From assembly GCA_003285105.1 (NCBI GenBank), contig CP030158.1, positions 3,674,449 to 3,706,448 on the forward strand: a DNA stretch of 32,000 nucleotides, written 5' to 3'. Shown piece after piece: positions 1-8,555 of the stretch. Position numbers and translations under genes: made by a program. How positions within the stretch are numbered: position 1 is the first letter of the stretch; the number at the start of each line of letters is the position of its first letter. The notes under the pieces are model-generated. The model did no database searches and was not told the origin of the DNA. It saw only the letters and a program-made list of their open reading frames with translations. Source of the DNA: Roseithermus sacchariphilus. Its GTDB lineage: Bacteria > Bacteroidota > Rhodothermia > Rhodothermales > MEBIC09517.

Positions 1-1650
1 CAGCGCGAACAGCCGGATGGCATTGTCCGCCACGCGGGCCTGCTGCGCCTGGTGCGTCACGATGTCTTCCCGCTCCCACTTGCTGACGAGCTTGACGTAG
101 TGCGAATGGTATTGCACGAGCCGGCTCAGCCGCTCGGCGTAGCCGGTCAGCAGCGGGTGCACCCGGCGGATGACGGGCCGCGCCGGCTTGATGCCCAGGA
201 ACAGCTGCGCCCCGAGCGGAATCGCCTGCTGGAGCACCGTCGGGTTGAGGCCGTTGCGGACGATGCGCAGCAGGTTCTCGGCCGGCGTCGCCTCCTCGTC
301 CCACGCCACGGCCTGCTGCACGGCCAGCATCTGCTCGGCGAGCTGCTTGCCGCCGTAGGCGAAGATGAACGACTGCATCACCTCGTTCGAGCCCTCCACG
401 ATCCGGTGGATGCGGTTGTCCCGCCAGAGCCGCTCGAACTCGTTCTCCGTCATGTAGCCCTCGCCGCCCATGAGTTGCATGGCGTCGTCGATGACCTTCC
501 AGCCATAGTCTGAGCAGAACACCTTCGTGATGGCCGTCTCGACCATGATGTCCTGATCGCCGCGATCCAGCATGCCCGTCATCAGGTAGAGCATGGCATC
601 CATGGCGTAGGTGTACGCCGCCATCCGGGCGATCTTCTGCTGGACGAGCTCGAAGTCGGCCAGGGGGCGACCGAACTGGTAGCGCGTTTGCACCCACTTG
701 ATGCTCTGGTCCATGGCCCGTTTCGCCGCCCCGCCGACCCCGGCCGAGAGCGTGCAGCGGCCGTAGTTGAGGCACGTCAGCGCCACGTTCAGGCCCTTGC
801 CTTCCTTGTGGAGCAGGTTCTCCTTCGGCACTCTGACGTTGGTGAAGCGGATGCGCGCCTGCCACGTGCCGCGGATGCCGGTCTTGCTACGGTTCTTCTG
901 GAAAACCTCGACCCCCTCCATGTCCGGCGTGCAGATCAGCGCCGTGATTTTCTCCTTACCATCGGGCATTTGCTGCCGCGCCATGACGGTGAACAACCCG
1001 GCCAGCGCGCCGGAGGTGATCCACTTCTTCTCGCCGTTGAGGATGTAGCATTGCTCCTCCTCGCTCCAGACGCAGCGCGTCTCCTGCCCGGCCGCGTCGG
1101 AGCCGACGTTGGGCTCCGAGAGGCAGAACGCCGAGAGGTACTCACGGGCCACCTTCGGCAGGAACCGGGCCTTCTGCTCCTCCGTGCCGAAGAGCATGAT
1201 GGCCTTGCAGCCGATGGACTGGTGCGCCGACACCATGACCGCCGTGGAACCGCAGTAACGCCCGATCAACTCGAGCACGCGGTTGTAGCTGGTGACGCCC
1301 AGACCGAGGCCGCCGTATTCCTTCGGGACCGTCATCCCCATCACCCCCATCTCGAACAGGCGGCGGATGCACCAGTCGGGGATGTACTGTTCCTGGTCGA
1401 TCAGAATGGCCGGGTGCTCATCCCGGAGGTACGCCTCCAGCTCGGCCAGGAGCGCATCGCAGGCCGCACGCTCGGCCCGGCTCTCCGCGGGATAGGGGAA
1501 CACGAGGTCTTCGCGGAATCGCCCCCAGAACAGGTTCTTGACGAAGCCCATCTCGCTCGGCTCCGGGCCGAGCATGGCTTCGATGTCCTGGATCATCTTG
1601 CGATCCTGGGCGGAGACGTTCTTCAGGGTACTCAAACTCTGTCGTTGCAT
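1..1650 (-). CDS. Acyl-CoA dehydrogenase, long (VLCAD/ACAD9-like) form; C-terminus continues beyond the left window edge
   Basis: Not in the supplied ORF track because it is edge-truncated. My translation of the reverse strand from the ATG (complement of 1648-1650) is open for all 550 codons: MQRQSLSTLKNVSAQDRKMIQDIEAMLGPEPSEMGFVKNLFWGRF... Acyl-CoA dehydrogenase hallmarks are present: CLSEPNVGSDAAG, ILNGEKKWITSG, RYQFGRPLADFELVQQKIA, MQLMGGEGYMTENEFERLWRDNRIHRIVEGSNEVM. The + strand ORFs 52..513 and 688..1680 are its antisense shadows. Confidence 0.88.
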   Translation of the reverse strand, partial: MQRQSLSTLKNVSAQDRKMIQDIEAMLGPEPSEMGFVKNLFWGRFREDLVFPYPAESRAERAACDALLAELEAYLRDEHPAILIDQEQYIPDWCIRRLFEMGVMGMTVPKEYGGLGLGVTSYNRVLELIGRYCGSTAVMVSAHQSIGCKAIMLFGTEEQKARFLPKVAREYLSAFCLSEPNVGSDAAGQETRCVWSEEEQCYILNGEKKWITSGALAGLFTVMARQQMPDGKEKITALICTPDMEGVEVFQKNRSKTGIRGTWQARIRFTNVRVPKENLLHKEGKGLNVALTCLNYGRCTLSAGVGGAAKRAMDQSIKWVQTRYQFGRPLADFELVQQKIARMAAYTYAMDAMLYLMTGMLDRGDQDIMVETAITKVFCSDYGWKVIDDAMQLMGGEGYMTENEFERLWRDNRIHRIVEGSNEVMQSFIFAYGGKQLAEQMLAVQQAVAWDEEATPAENLLRIVRNGLNPTVLQQAIPLGAQLFLGIKPARPVIRRVHPLLTGYAERLSRLVQYHSHYVKLVSKWEREDIVTHQAQQARVADNAIRLFAL

Positions 1651-1933
1651 GATGTACCGTCGATCTCTGGCTGTATGTAAAAATCGGAACACGACGCCCG
1701 CCGCACAGCCTGCGCGGTGCTCCGCCAGGGAAACTCTTTCCCCGTGGCGATACCGGGCGCTGGAATCGCTTCCGGCGTACCATGCTGGTACCCCGCGGCC
1801 CGGGAGCCCCGTTCCCCGCGGATCGGGTAAAAATCCGTAACCGCGGACTTCACAAAAAACGCGCCTACCGCGCTTTAGCCCGTTCGTCGCCGTTCCGTAC
1901 TTGCATCGTTTTCCACCCTCGCCCCTGTTCATC

Positions 1934-2761
1934 ATGGCATCCCGCACGTTTTCCGAACGCCTCCGCGCCATCCAGCAGGCCAAACAGACCGTGCTCTGCG
2001 TCGGGCTGGACCCGGACCCCGCTCGCCTGCCGCTGCACCTCGCCCAGACGCACACGCTGCCGGAGGCCGTCGTCGCCTTCAACACGGCCATCATCGACGC
2101 CACGGCCGGGCACGCCTGTGCCTTCAAGCTGAACTTCGCGTTCTACGAAGCCCTGGGGCGCTCCGGGTGGGACGTGCTGGACGCCACGATCCGGCAGATC
2201 CCGGAGGATGTGCTCGTCATCGCCGACGCCAAACGTGGCGACATCGGCAACTCGGCGCGGTTCTACGCGGAGGCGATCTTCACCGGGCTGCGGTGTGATG
2301 CCTGCACGGTGGCCCCGTACATGGGCCGAGACGCCGTGGAACCCTTTCTGCGGATCGAGGGCAAGGCGGCGTTCGTGCTCGCCCGCACCTCCAATCCCGG
2401 CGCACGGGATTTCCAGGAGCGCCTCTGTGACGGCGAACCCCTCTACCGGCACGTCGCCCGGCAGGTGGCGGCCTGGGCTTCCGAGGCCCCCGGCGACGGC
2501 GGGCTGGTCGTCGGCGCGACGAGCCCGGAGGCGCTGCGGGCGTTGCGGGTGCTCTGCCCGACCCTGCCGTTCCTGATCCCCGGTGTGGGCGCCCAGGGCG
2601 GCGATCCGCAGCAGGTCATGGCGGCCGCCGCCACGGCGGACGGGCCGGTGCTGGTCAACAGCAGCCGGCAGATCCTCTATGCCGCGTCCGGGGACGATTT
2701 CGCGAAAGCCGCGCGGGAGGCGGCGGATCGGCTGCGACGTCAACTCGGGATGCCCGGGTGA
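1934..2761 (+). CDS. pyrF: Orotidine 5'-phosphate decarboxylase (type 2)
   Basis: The ORF 1901..2761 starts at a TTG. The first ATG is at 1934 (MASRTFSERL...). Family motifs: LCVGLDPD, AFKLNFAFYE, VIADAKRGDIGNSA, ARTSNPGA, FLIPGVGAQGG. Confidence 0.9.
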   Translation: MASRTFSERLRAIQQAKQTVLCVGLDPDPARLPLHLAQTHTLPEAVVAFNTAIIDATAGHACAFKLNFAFYEALGRSGWDVLDATIRQIPEDVLVIADAKRGDIGNSARFYAEAIFTGLRCDACTVAPYMGRDAVEPFLRIEGKAAFVLARTSNPGARDFQERLCDGEPLYRHVARQVAAWASEAPGDGGLVVGATSPEALRALRVLCPTLPFLIPGVGAQGGDPQQVMAAAATADGPVLVNSSRQILYAASGDDFAKAAREAADRLRRQLGMPG

Positions 2762-2833
2762 GGTCACACCGGAGAGGTTACGCGGCTCCGGATCGGACGT
2801 CTTGGGGGCATCACCATCCGCATCCGCCCCGCC

Positions 2834-4282
2834 ATGCCGCACCTCGACCCCGAACCGCCGCGCCATACCCTCTCCGTCCGGCACTTCTACGCGCTCGACG
2901 AAACCGTCTACGAGCTCGCCCTGCATGAGCCGGCGACACGACGGGCCCTGCCTGAAGCCTTCGTCCAGGACCTCTGGCAGCATCAGCGCATCCGGCCCGG
3001 TGCGCTGCGCACCACCACCGGCACCCCCGTGGAGGTCCTCCACCCGGGAGCCCCCAACCCGGACGGCGGCCCCGACTTCCTCCATGCCCGCCTGCGCATC
3101 GGGGAGTTACTCTGGTGCGGAGACGTCGAGGTGCACGTCGACTCGTCCGCCTGGTTCGATCACCGGCATCACACGGACCCCCGGTACAACAGCGTCGTGC
3201 TGCACGTGGCCCTCTACCCGGACATGTGGACGGGCGGGCTGCTCAGGGCCGACGGGGCGGTGCTCCAGGAGGTCACGCTCTACCGCTGCCTGGAGGCGCC
3301 CGTCCGCCGCCTGCTGCACGACTTCCACACGCGGCCCGACGACGCCCTCCTCTGCGCCCCGCACTGGCCGGATGTCCCCGCCGACCTCCGTACGGAGTGG
3401 ATCGAGGCGCTGGCCCGCGAGCGGCTGGAGGAGAAGACGGCCCGGCTGGAGGAGGCCTTCCGCGAGGAGCCGGATCTGGAGGCGCTGCTCTACCGGGAGG
3501 TGCTGACGGGCCTCGGCTACGCCCAGAACGCCGAGCCCATGGCCGACCTGGCCCGGCGTGTACCGCTCTCCCTGGCCCGGCGCTACGCGGACCCGCTCGA
3601 CCTGGAGGCCCTGCTGGCCGGCACCGCCGGGCTGCTCCCGGAACCGGCCGACCTCCTGCAGAGCGACCGCGCTACGGTGGACTACGTGATGGACCTGCGG
3701 CACCGCTTTGAACGCCTCGCCGCCCGGCACGGCCTCGAACCGATGACGCGGGTCTGCTGGCAGTTCTTCCGCCTGCGCCCGGCCAACTTTCCGCCGCTGC
3801 GGCTGGCTCAGGCAGCGGCGCTGCTCGCCCCCGGGGGCCTGCTCCACGACGACCCGATCGGGCGGCTGCGGGACGCCCTGACGGATGCCGACCCACTGGC
3901 TGCGATGCGGGCGCGGCTGCAGGCCGTCCCCGGCCCCTTCTGGCAACACCACGTTCGATATGAGACGACGTCCCGCCCGCACAGCCCCGCGCTCGGCACC
4001 ACGCGGATCGACGCGCTCCTGGTCAACGCCGTCATCCCGGTGATGCGGCTCTGGGCCCGGCGCGAGGCATCCCCCGCCCTGGAATCCCACCTTCTCGGGT
4101 TGCTCCGGCGGCTCCCGGCCACGCCCAATGCCGTGACGCGCCTCTACGGCGCCCTGGGCACGCGGCCCTCCAACGCCTGGGAAAGCCACGGGCTGCTGCA
4201 CCTCCACCGGACCCGCTGCCGCCACGCTCGCTGCCTCTCCTGCCCCATCGGCCGGCACATCCTGATCCCTCCGGCGGTGTGA
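2834..4282 (+). CDS. DUF2851 family protein (conserved, function unknown)
   Basis: 482-aa ORF. The N-terminal block FVQDLWQHQ...GPDFLHARLRIGELLWCGDVEVHVDSSAWFDHRHHTDPRYNSVVLHV matches my memory of the DUF2851 signature (IW..., GPDF..A.i......W.G.iEiH...SdW..H.H..D..Y.nViLHV). There is a C-terminal Cys cluster, CRHARCLSCPIG. Confidence 0.75.
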   Translation: MPHLDPEPPRHTLSVRHFYALDETVYELALHEPATRRALPEAFVQDLWQHQRIRPGALRTTTGTPVEVLHPGAPNPDGGPDFLHARLRIGELLWCGDVEVHVDSSAWFDHRHHTDPRYNSVVLHVALYPDMWTGGLLRADGAVLQEVTLYRCLEAPVRRLLHDFHTRPDDALLCAPHWPDVPADLRTEWIEALARERLEEKTARLEEAFREEPDLEALLYREVLTGLGYAQNAEPMADLARRVPLSLARRYADPLDLEALLAGTAGLLPEPADLLQSDRATVDYVMDLRHRFERLAARHGLEPMTRVCWQFFRLRPANFPPLRLAQAAALLAPGGLLHDDPIGRLRDALTDADPLAAMRARLQAVPGPFWQHHVRYETTSRPHSPALGTTRIDALLVNAVIPVMRLWARREASPALESHLLGLLRRLPATPNAVTRLYGALGTRPSNAWESHGLLHLHRTRCRHARCLSCPIGRHILIPPAV

Positions 4283-4344
4283 TCGGCCCACCGCCGTTCG
4301 TATCTTGGAGCCTCCGGCCTCCCTCACATCTCGGCACCCGACCC

Positions 4345-4665
4345 GTGCTCATTCGCCTCGTCCGGATGACGTTCCGCCCCCGCGACCTGGAGACGTTCCT
4401 GCGGCTCTTCGACGAAACGGCCCCCCACATCCGTGCCTTTCCGGGCTGCCGCCATCTGGAACTCTGGCAGGACACCCGCTTCGAGAACGTGGTCACCACC
4501 TGCAGCCACTGGACGAGCGCCGACGCGCTGGAAGCTTACCGCCACAGCCCCCTCTTTCGAGAGACGTGGGCCCGCACGAAGCCGCTGTTCGCCGCGGCGC
4601 CACAGGCCTTCAGCCACTACCCCCTCCGCCCCGATCCGACGACCGACGTTCCACAAGGGGAGTAG
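4345..4665 (+). CDS. Antibiotic-biosynthesis-monooxygenase (ABM) domain protein
   Basis: ORF 4279..4665. The likely start is the GTG at 4345 (VLIRLVRMTFRPRDLETFLRLFDETAPHIRAFPGCRHLELWQD...HWTSADALEAYRHSPLFRETWARTKPLF). This is the typical ~105-aa ABM/ferredoxin-fold family seen in Bacteroidota-type genomes. The start codon choice is uncertain. Confidence 0.65.
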   Translation: MLIRLVRMTFRPRDLETFLRLFDETAPHIRAFPGCRHLELWQDTRFENVVTTCSHWTSADALEAYRHSPLFRETWARTKPLFAAAPQAFSHYPLRPDPTTDVPQGE

Positions 4666-4768
4666 TAACAGCTTTTTCCAGGCGCATTTAACAACCGGAC
4701 GTTATATTGATAGTGGCACCGGGCAGCTTCATCGCCGCCACTCCCCACGACGCCACTATCGCTCTGAC

Positions 4769-5668
4769 ATGGCTGAAGACGACCGATCCATCCCGGCCAC
4801 ACAGTTTCCGCAGGAACCCTCCTTCGACCTTCGGTTCCCGCCCCTTCCCAGTACCATTGCCGAGGTGTCCCGCCTGCTGACGCAGGACTCCGGCGAGCCG
4901 GACGTGCAGCGCCTCGCAGACATCGTCAATGCCGACCTGGTCGTGGCCGCATCGGTCCTGCGCCGCGTCAACTCCGCCTACTACGGTCTGCGCCGACACA
5001 TCGGGGACGTGCGCCAGGCGGTCTTCCTGCTGGGCTACCTGGAGGTCTGCAACATCGTGCTCACGGCCGGGATGATGAAGCTCCGGGACGTGGTCAGTAA
5101 CGAGGAGCAGACCACGATCTTCGACCAGATCCTTCGCCACAGTATCGGAACGGCCTACTTCACCCGGAGGCTTGCCACGCTCCTCGACCTGGAACACGCC
5201 TCGTCGGCGTTCACGGTGGGCCTGCTGCACCCGATCGGGCGGCTCGTCCTGCTGTACAACCGGCCGGACGACTACGAAGCGCTCTGGTTCATCGAGGACG
5301 CCCCCGCCCCACCGTCCGTCGAACAGGAACGGTCGATCTTCGGCACGGATCACGCCGTCGTCGGGGCGATGGCGCTGGAAGAATGGCAACTGCCGCCGGC
5401 CTACTGCGACGTGCTCCGGCACTACCTCGATCCCCGTCACCTTCAGGAGCCCTCCTGGCGTTCCATCGCCCTCGCCCTCAACCTGGGCATGGCCGCCACG
5501 GAGCAGTTGTGCCTGTCCGCATCCGACGCCACCTTCGAACCGGGGCAGGCGCTGCCCGCCCTGCTACGCGCCACCCGCTCAGAACTCACCGCGGAGGACG
5601 TGGTGACCCTCCTCGAGCGCGAGCAGCAGCAGGTGCGGAACTACATCGACGCGATGGTGCAACTCTGA
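4769..5668 (+). CDS. HDOD domain-containing signalling protein (stand-alone)
   Basis: ORF 4433..5668, but the first 112 codons are Arg/Pro/Ser-rich junk overlapping the ABM gene. An ATG at 4769 follows an AT-rich spacer (MAEDDRSIPATQF...). HDOD-type sequence: LPPLPSTIAEVSRLL...LADIVNADLVVAASVLRRVNSAYYGLRRHIGDVRQAVFLLGY...GLLHPIGRLVL. Confidence 0.8.
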   Translation: MAEDDRSIPATQFPQEPSFDLRFPPLPSTIAEVSRLLTQDSGEPDVQRLADIVNADLVVAASVLRRVNSAYYGLRRHIGDVRQAVFLLGYLEVCNIVLTAGMMKLRDVVSNEEQTTIFDQILRHSIGTAYFTRRLATLLDLEHASSAFTVGLLHPIGRLVLLYNRPDDYEALWFIEDAPAPPSVEQERSIFGTDHAVVGAMALEEWQLPPAYCDVLRHYLDPRHLQEPSWRSIALALNLGMAATEQLCLSASDATFEPGQALPALLRATRSELTAEDVVTLLEREQQQVRNYIDAMVQL

Positions 5669-5674
5669 CGCCGG

Positions 5675-5692
5675 ATCCGGGCATGCCCGGAT
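5675..5692. terminator. Perfect 18-bp GC-rich palindrome (ATCCGGGCATGCCCGGAT) between convergent genes; possible factor-independent terminator hairpin without a U-tract
   Basis: Read directly. It starts 7 nt after the HDOD stop (TGA 5666-5668) and lies 73 nt from the stop of the convergent TonB-dependent receptor (5765). It would form a 7-bp stem with a 4-nt loop. No T-tract on either side, so its function is uncertain. Confidence 0.3.
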
Positions 5693-5764
5693 GTGGGATC
5701 GAGCCCGTGGCGTGACCTGCCAACACCCCTCCGCGCCTTTCCGTCCGGCGTCTGCGGACCGCGT

Positions 5765-7807
5765 TCAGATCGTCAGGTCGAAGCCCAGGCTGACGGCCCG
5801 CCCCGGGCCGGGCAGGCCGAGTTGCGGCAAGACCGTGGCATCGGTGAGGTTGTCGACGCGCGCAAACAGCTCCCCGATGACGACGGCAGGCTGCCCCAAC
5901 CGTACGCGGTAGCCGACCCGGGCGTCCAGCACGAGGGACGACGGCAGCGTCACGAGGCGGTTGTCCTCGGCGCGACCGTAGGCCTGCCCGGTGCCGGTCG
6001 CCTGAACCAGCCCGGACAGCCCGCCCCGGCCGCGGTAGTCCAGGGCCAGCAACCCGAGCCAGGCCGGCTTTTCGATCAATGGATCGGTTTCGCCGTCGAT
6101 CATCCCGCGGGCGTGCATCCCGGTGAGGTGCCCGCGCACCACCCAGCGGGGCGAGAGCGTCACCTGCCCGGCCACTTCCACGCCCAGCACACGGCTGCCG
6201 TCCAGATTGATGCGCTGACGCCGCCGTTCCTCTTCTCCCTGCTCGTTGACCACCGTGACGTTCCGCTGGTCGATCGTATCGAAGGTCCGGCGGGCGAAGA
6301 ACGTGGCTTCCCCGGTCGCCGCTCCCTGCCGCCGCAGCCCCACCTCACCGATCCAGGCCGACTCCGGGCGCAGGTTCGGGTTCACCAGAAACCGGTTGAG
6401 CGCCTCGCCGAACAGCTCCCGCATCGTCGGGAAGCGCACCTTGCGGCCGGCCGAAGCGGTGAGGGCCCAGGCCGGGGCGATGTCATAAGACGCGGTCGCT
6501 GCAACGCCGAGAGCCGTCTGGGGGTCGCGGCCGGGTTTATCGCCGGTCAGCGGCGTGGCGATGCCGTCGAGGCTCGCCCCGGCCGTCACCTGCCAGGCTG
6601 GAGACGGGCGCAGGCGGTATTCCGCGCCCAGGCTGAAGAGGTGCTGCCGGTATCGCTGCGTGGGGAAGGCCTCCGGGGGTCCGGCAAGCCGTCCGTCCGG
6701 CCCGAAGGCCAGGTCCCGCTGGTCGTGCCGCGAGGTAAGGCCGTGAAAAGCCAGCCGCACGGCCCCCGGCCCCGCCGCCCGGTCCAGCAGGAGCCGCAGT
6801 CCGGCGGTGACGTCGTCATCCTGCTGGGTGTCCTGCACCCGCTCGTAGGCGACCGAGGCGTACTGGTCGATCTGCTGGGCAAAGCGACTGCCCCAGACCG
6901 CCCCCCGCAGCCAGAGGCCCCCCGGCAGAGCCGCCCGTCCGTTGAGGATGAGCAGGCTGGTTCGCCAGTCGGGATAGCGCCAGTACCGCACGCGATCCAC
7001 GTCGGGGTCGAGATGACCTTCCGGGGCGACGCCCCGGACGCCATCCAGATGCAGCGCCGACACGCCGACCTGTACGGCTTCCCGCTCGTAGGCGAGCTGG
7101 GCATAGAGATTCAGCAGACGCCGGTCGGTGTTGGTGCGCAGCTCGGCATCGGGCTGGCTGTAGGGCAGGTCGGCGCCGGCCGGCAGGGGCTGGCCGCGCT
7201 GCTCCACATAGCCGGCCGAGGCCGAGTAGCTCCAGCGCGACGTGCGGCCGAGATGCGTGACGTAGGCCTGGCCGTGCTGCGGACGGCCCCACCGTCCGTA
7301 GACCTCCGTGTAGCGACCGGGGCCGTCCAGCTCACGCGCCGTCAGGTTGATCGCCCCGCCCAGCACGTTCGGGCCATAGGCCACCGACGGAGCCCCCTTC
7401 ACGACCGTCATCCCGCCGATCACAGACGCCGGCACCAGGCTCAGATCCACCCGATTGTCCCACGGGACGTTGAGCAGCGCGCCGTCGAAGTAGAGGGTCA
7501 CCTGCCGCTCACCGGCGCTGCGCAGGTAGACCAGCGTTTCCCCGCGGGAGTTCGTCTGCACGTGGGCGGCCGGGATGAGGCGGGCCACGTCATCGACCGA
7601 GGGGGCGTCCTGGCGGGCGATGGCCGCCAACCCGATGCGCTGCACCGTCGCCGGCTCGGCCCCGCCGCCGTCGCGCTCTTCCGCGCCCACGACGATCTCC
7701 CCCAGTTCGTAGGTACGCAGCGAGTCCGGCGGCCGAGCGGGCTGCGCCGGCACACGCCCGGCCACCCCCATCGCCACCAGCCCGATCAGCACCCAGCGCC
7801 TCGCCAT
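5765..7807 (-). CDS. TonB-dependent outer-membrane receptor
   Basis: ORF 5765..7816 (TTG); the ATG is at 7807 (MARRWVLIGLVAMGVAGRVPAQ signal peptide). TonB-box/plug sequence: YELGEIVVGAEE, RLIPAAHVQTNSRGETLVYLRSAGERQVTLYFDGALLNVPWDNRVDLSLVPASVIGGMTVVKGAPSVAYGPNVLGGAINL. A long beta-barrel region with alternating Tyr/Gly/Arg strands follows. Confidence 0.87.
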   Translation of the reverse strand: MARRWVLIGLVAMGVAGRVPAQPARPPDSLRTYELGEIVVGAEERDGGGAEPATVQRIGLAAIARQDAPSVDDVARLIPAAHVQTNSRGETLVYLRSAGERQVTLYFDGALLNVPWDNRVDLSLVPASVIGGMTVVKGAPSVAYGPNVLGGAINLTARELDGPGRYTEVYGRWGRPQHGQAYVTHLGRTSRWSYSASAGYVEQRGQPLPAGADLPYSQPDAELRTNTDRRLLNLYAQLAYEREAVQVGVSALHLDGVRGVAPEGHLDPDVDRVRYWRYPDWRTSLLILNGRAALPGGLWLRGAVWGSRFAQQIDQYASVAYERVQDTQQDDDVTAGLRLLLDRAAGPGAVRLAFHGLTSRHDQRDLAFGPDGRLAGPPEAFPTQRYRQHLFSLGAEYRLRPSPAWQVTAGASLDGIATPLTGDKPGRDPQTALGVAATASYDIAPAWALTASAGRKVRFPTMRELFGEALNRFLVNPNLRPESAWIGEVGLRRQGAATGEATFFARRTFDTIDQRNVTVVNEQGEEERRRQRINLDGSRVLGVEVAGQVTLSPRWVVRGHLTGMHARGMIDGETDPLIEKPAWLGLLALDYRGRGGLSGLVQATGTGQAYGRAEDNRLVTLPSSLVLDARVGYRVRLGQPAVVIGELFARVDNLTDATVLPQLGLPGPGRAVSLGFDLTI

Positions 7808-7835
7808 CCCGACCAACGGCCGTCGCCCCCGATGG

Positions 7836-8405
7836 TCAGCTGCCCAGCAGATCCCGGATCGACACCGTCGGGGTCTGGCGGATGGCCTCGTACTGGGGCG
7901 GGACGACGTAATAGCGGCTACGCGGCGATGTCGTGACCGCGTTGACCCAGGCCACGGGCGCCCCCACGACCCGGGCGACGGACTCGTAGGCGTCCAGGTA
8001 CCTGTCGTACACGACCTGCTGCTCGGCCAGAAGGCCGCCGAACACCCGGCTGATGGTCCGGTAGCGCGTCTGCATGATCCAGGCGAACAGACCGGAGGTC
8101 GCCGCCGCCTGCTCCAGCAGGGCCTCGTGGCGGGCGATCAGCGCCCGGTGCCGGGCCAGCGTCTCCTCGTAGCCGGCGGCCACCGGAGCGAGCGCCGGAT
8201 AGCGCCCCACGGCCGCCCGAAGCGCCTGCGCCTCCGTCTCGGCCCGCGCCAGGGCCGCGGTGAACTGCTCGTTTGCCTGCTCGATCTGCGCCAGCGTCGC
8301 CTCTTCCGTACCGTAGCCGCCGTACGTCCGGCAGCCACTCGCGATCACGAACAACAGCAGCAGAACAGGCCAGAGGCGGGAAGTCATCGGCTCCGAACGT
8401 TTCAT
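7836..8405 (-). CDS. Hypothetical all-alpha lipoprotein immediately upstream of the TonB-dependent receptor
   Basis: ORF 7836..8519. The plausible start is ATG 8405 (MKRSEPMTSRLWPVLLLLFVIASGC, lipobox IASG|C) or ATG 8387. The mature part is Ala/Glu/Arg-rich and helical (TEEATLAQIEQANEQFTAALARAETEAQALRAAV). A 28-nt gap separates it from the receptor gene on the same strand. I recognise no family. Confidence 0.6.
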   Translation of the reverse strand: MKRSEPMTSRLWPVLLLLFVIASGCRTYGGYGTEEATLAQIEQANEQFTAALARAETEAQALRAAVGRYPALAPVAAGYEETLARHRALIARHEALLEQAAATSGLFAWIMQTRYRTISRVFGGLLAEQQVVYDRYLDAYESVARVVGAPVAWVNAVTTSPRSRYYVVPPQYEAIRQTPTVSIRDLLGS

Positions 8406-8555
8406 CAGACTCGGGGGCTGGTCCATGCGGGTTAACGGGTCATCGACCGAATATCCGAAAGCCGCATCAGCGGATGCACCCGGAACGACCGCCCGGGCGC
8501 CAATTCGGCACTTTTTCACGGCGGCCGTCCGATGCAGCCGTTCAGCGGGGGCCTT

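Noticed and set aside
52-1680. + strand ORFs 52..513 (153 aa) and 688..1680 (330 aa)
   Set aside because: They are fully antisense to the open, motif-rich acyl-CoA dehydrogenase frame on the minus strand. Their translations are Arg/Leu/Pro/Ala-rich with no recognisable motifs, a typical high-GC shadow.
1865-4327. Minus-strand ORFs 1865..3085 (406 aa) and 3107..4327 (406 aa)
   Set aside because: They are antisense to pyrF and the DUF2851 gene, both of which have clear family signatures. The translations are Gly/Arg/Pro-rich low-complexity sequence.
4433-4768. N-terminal 112-codon extension of the HDOD ORF (start at 4433)
   Set aside because: The extension overlaps the ABM-domain gene in another frame and is Arg/Pro/Ser/Thr junk. 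An AT-rich spacer and an ATG at 4769 immediately precede the recognisable HDOD sequence.
5693-7936. + strand 747-aa ORF
   Set aside because: It is antisense to the TonB-dependent receptor, whose plug and barrel motifs are obvious. The composition is dominated by Arg, Pro, Gly and Ala.
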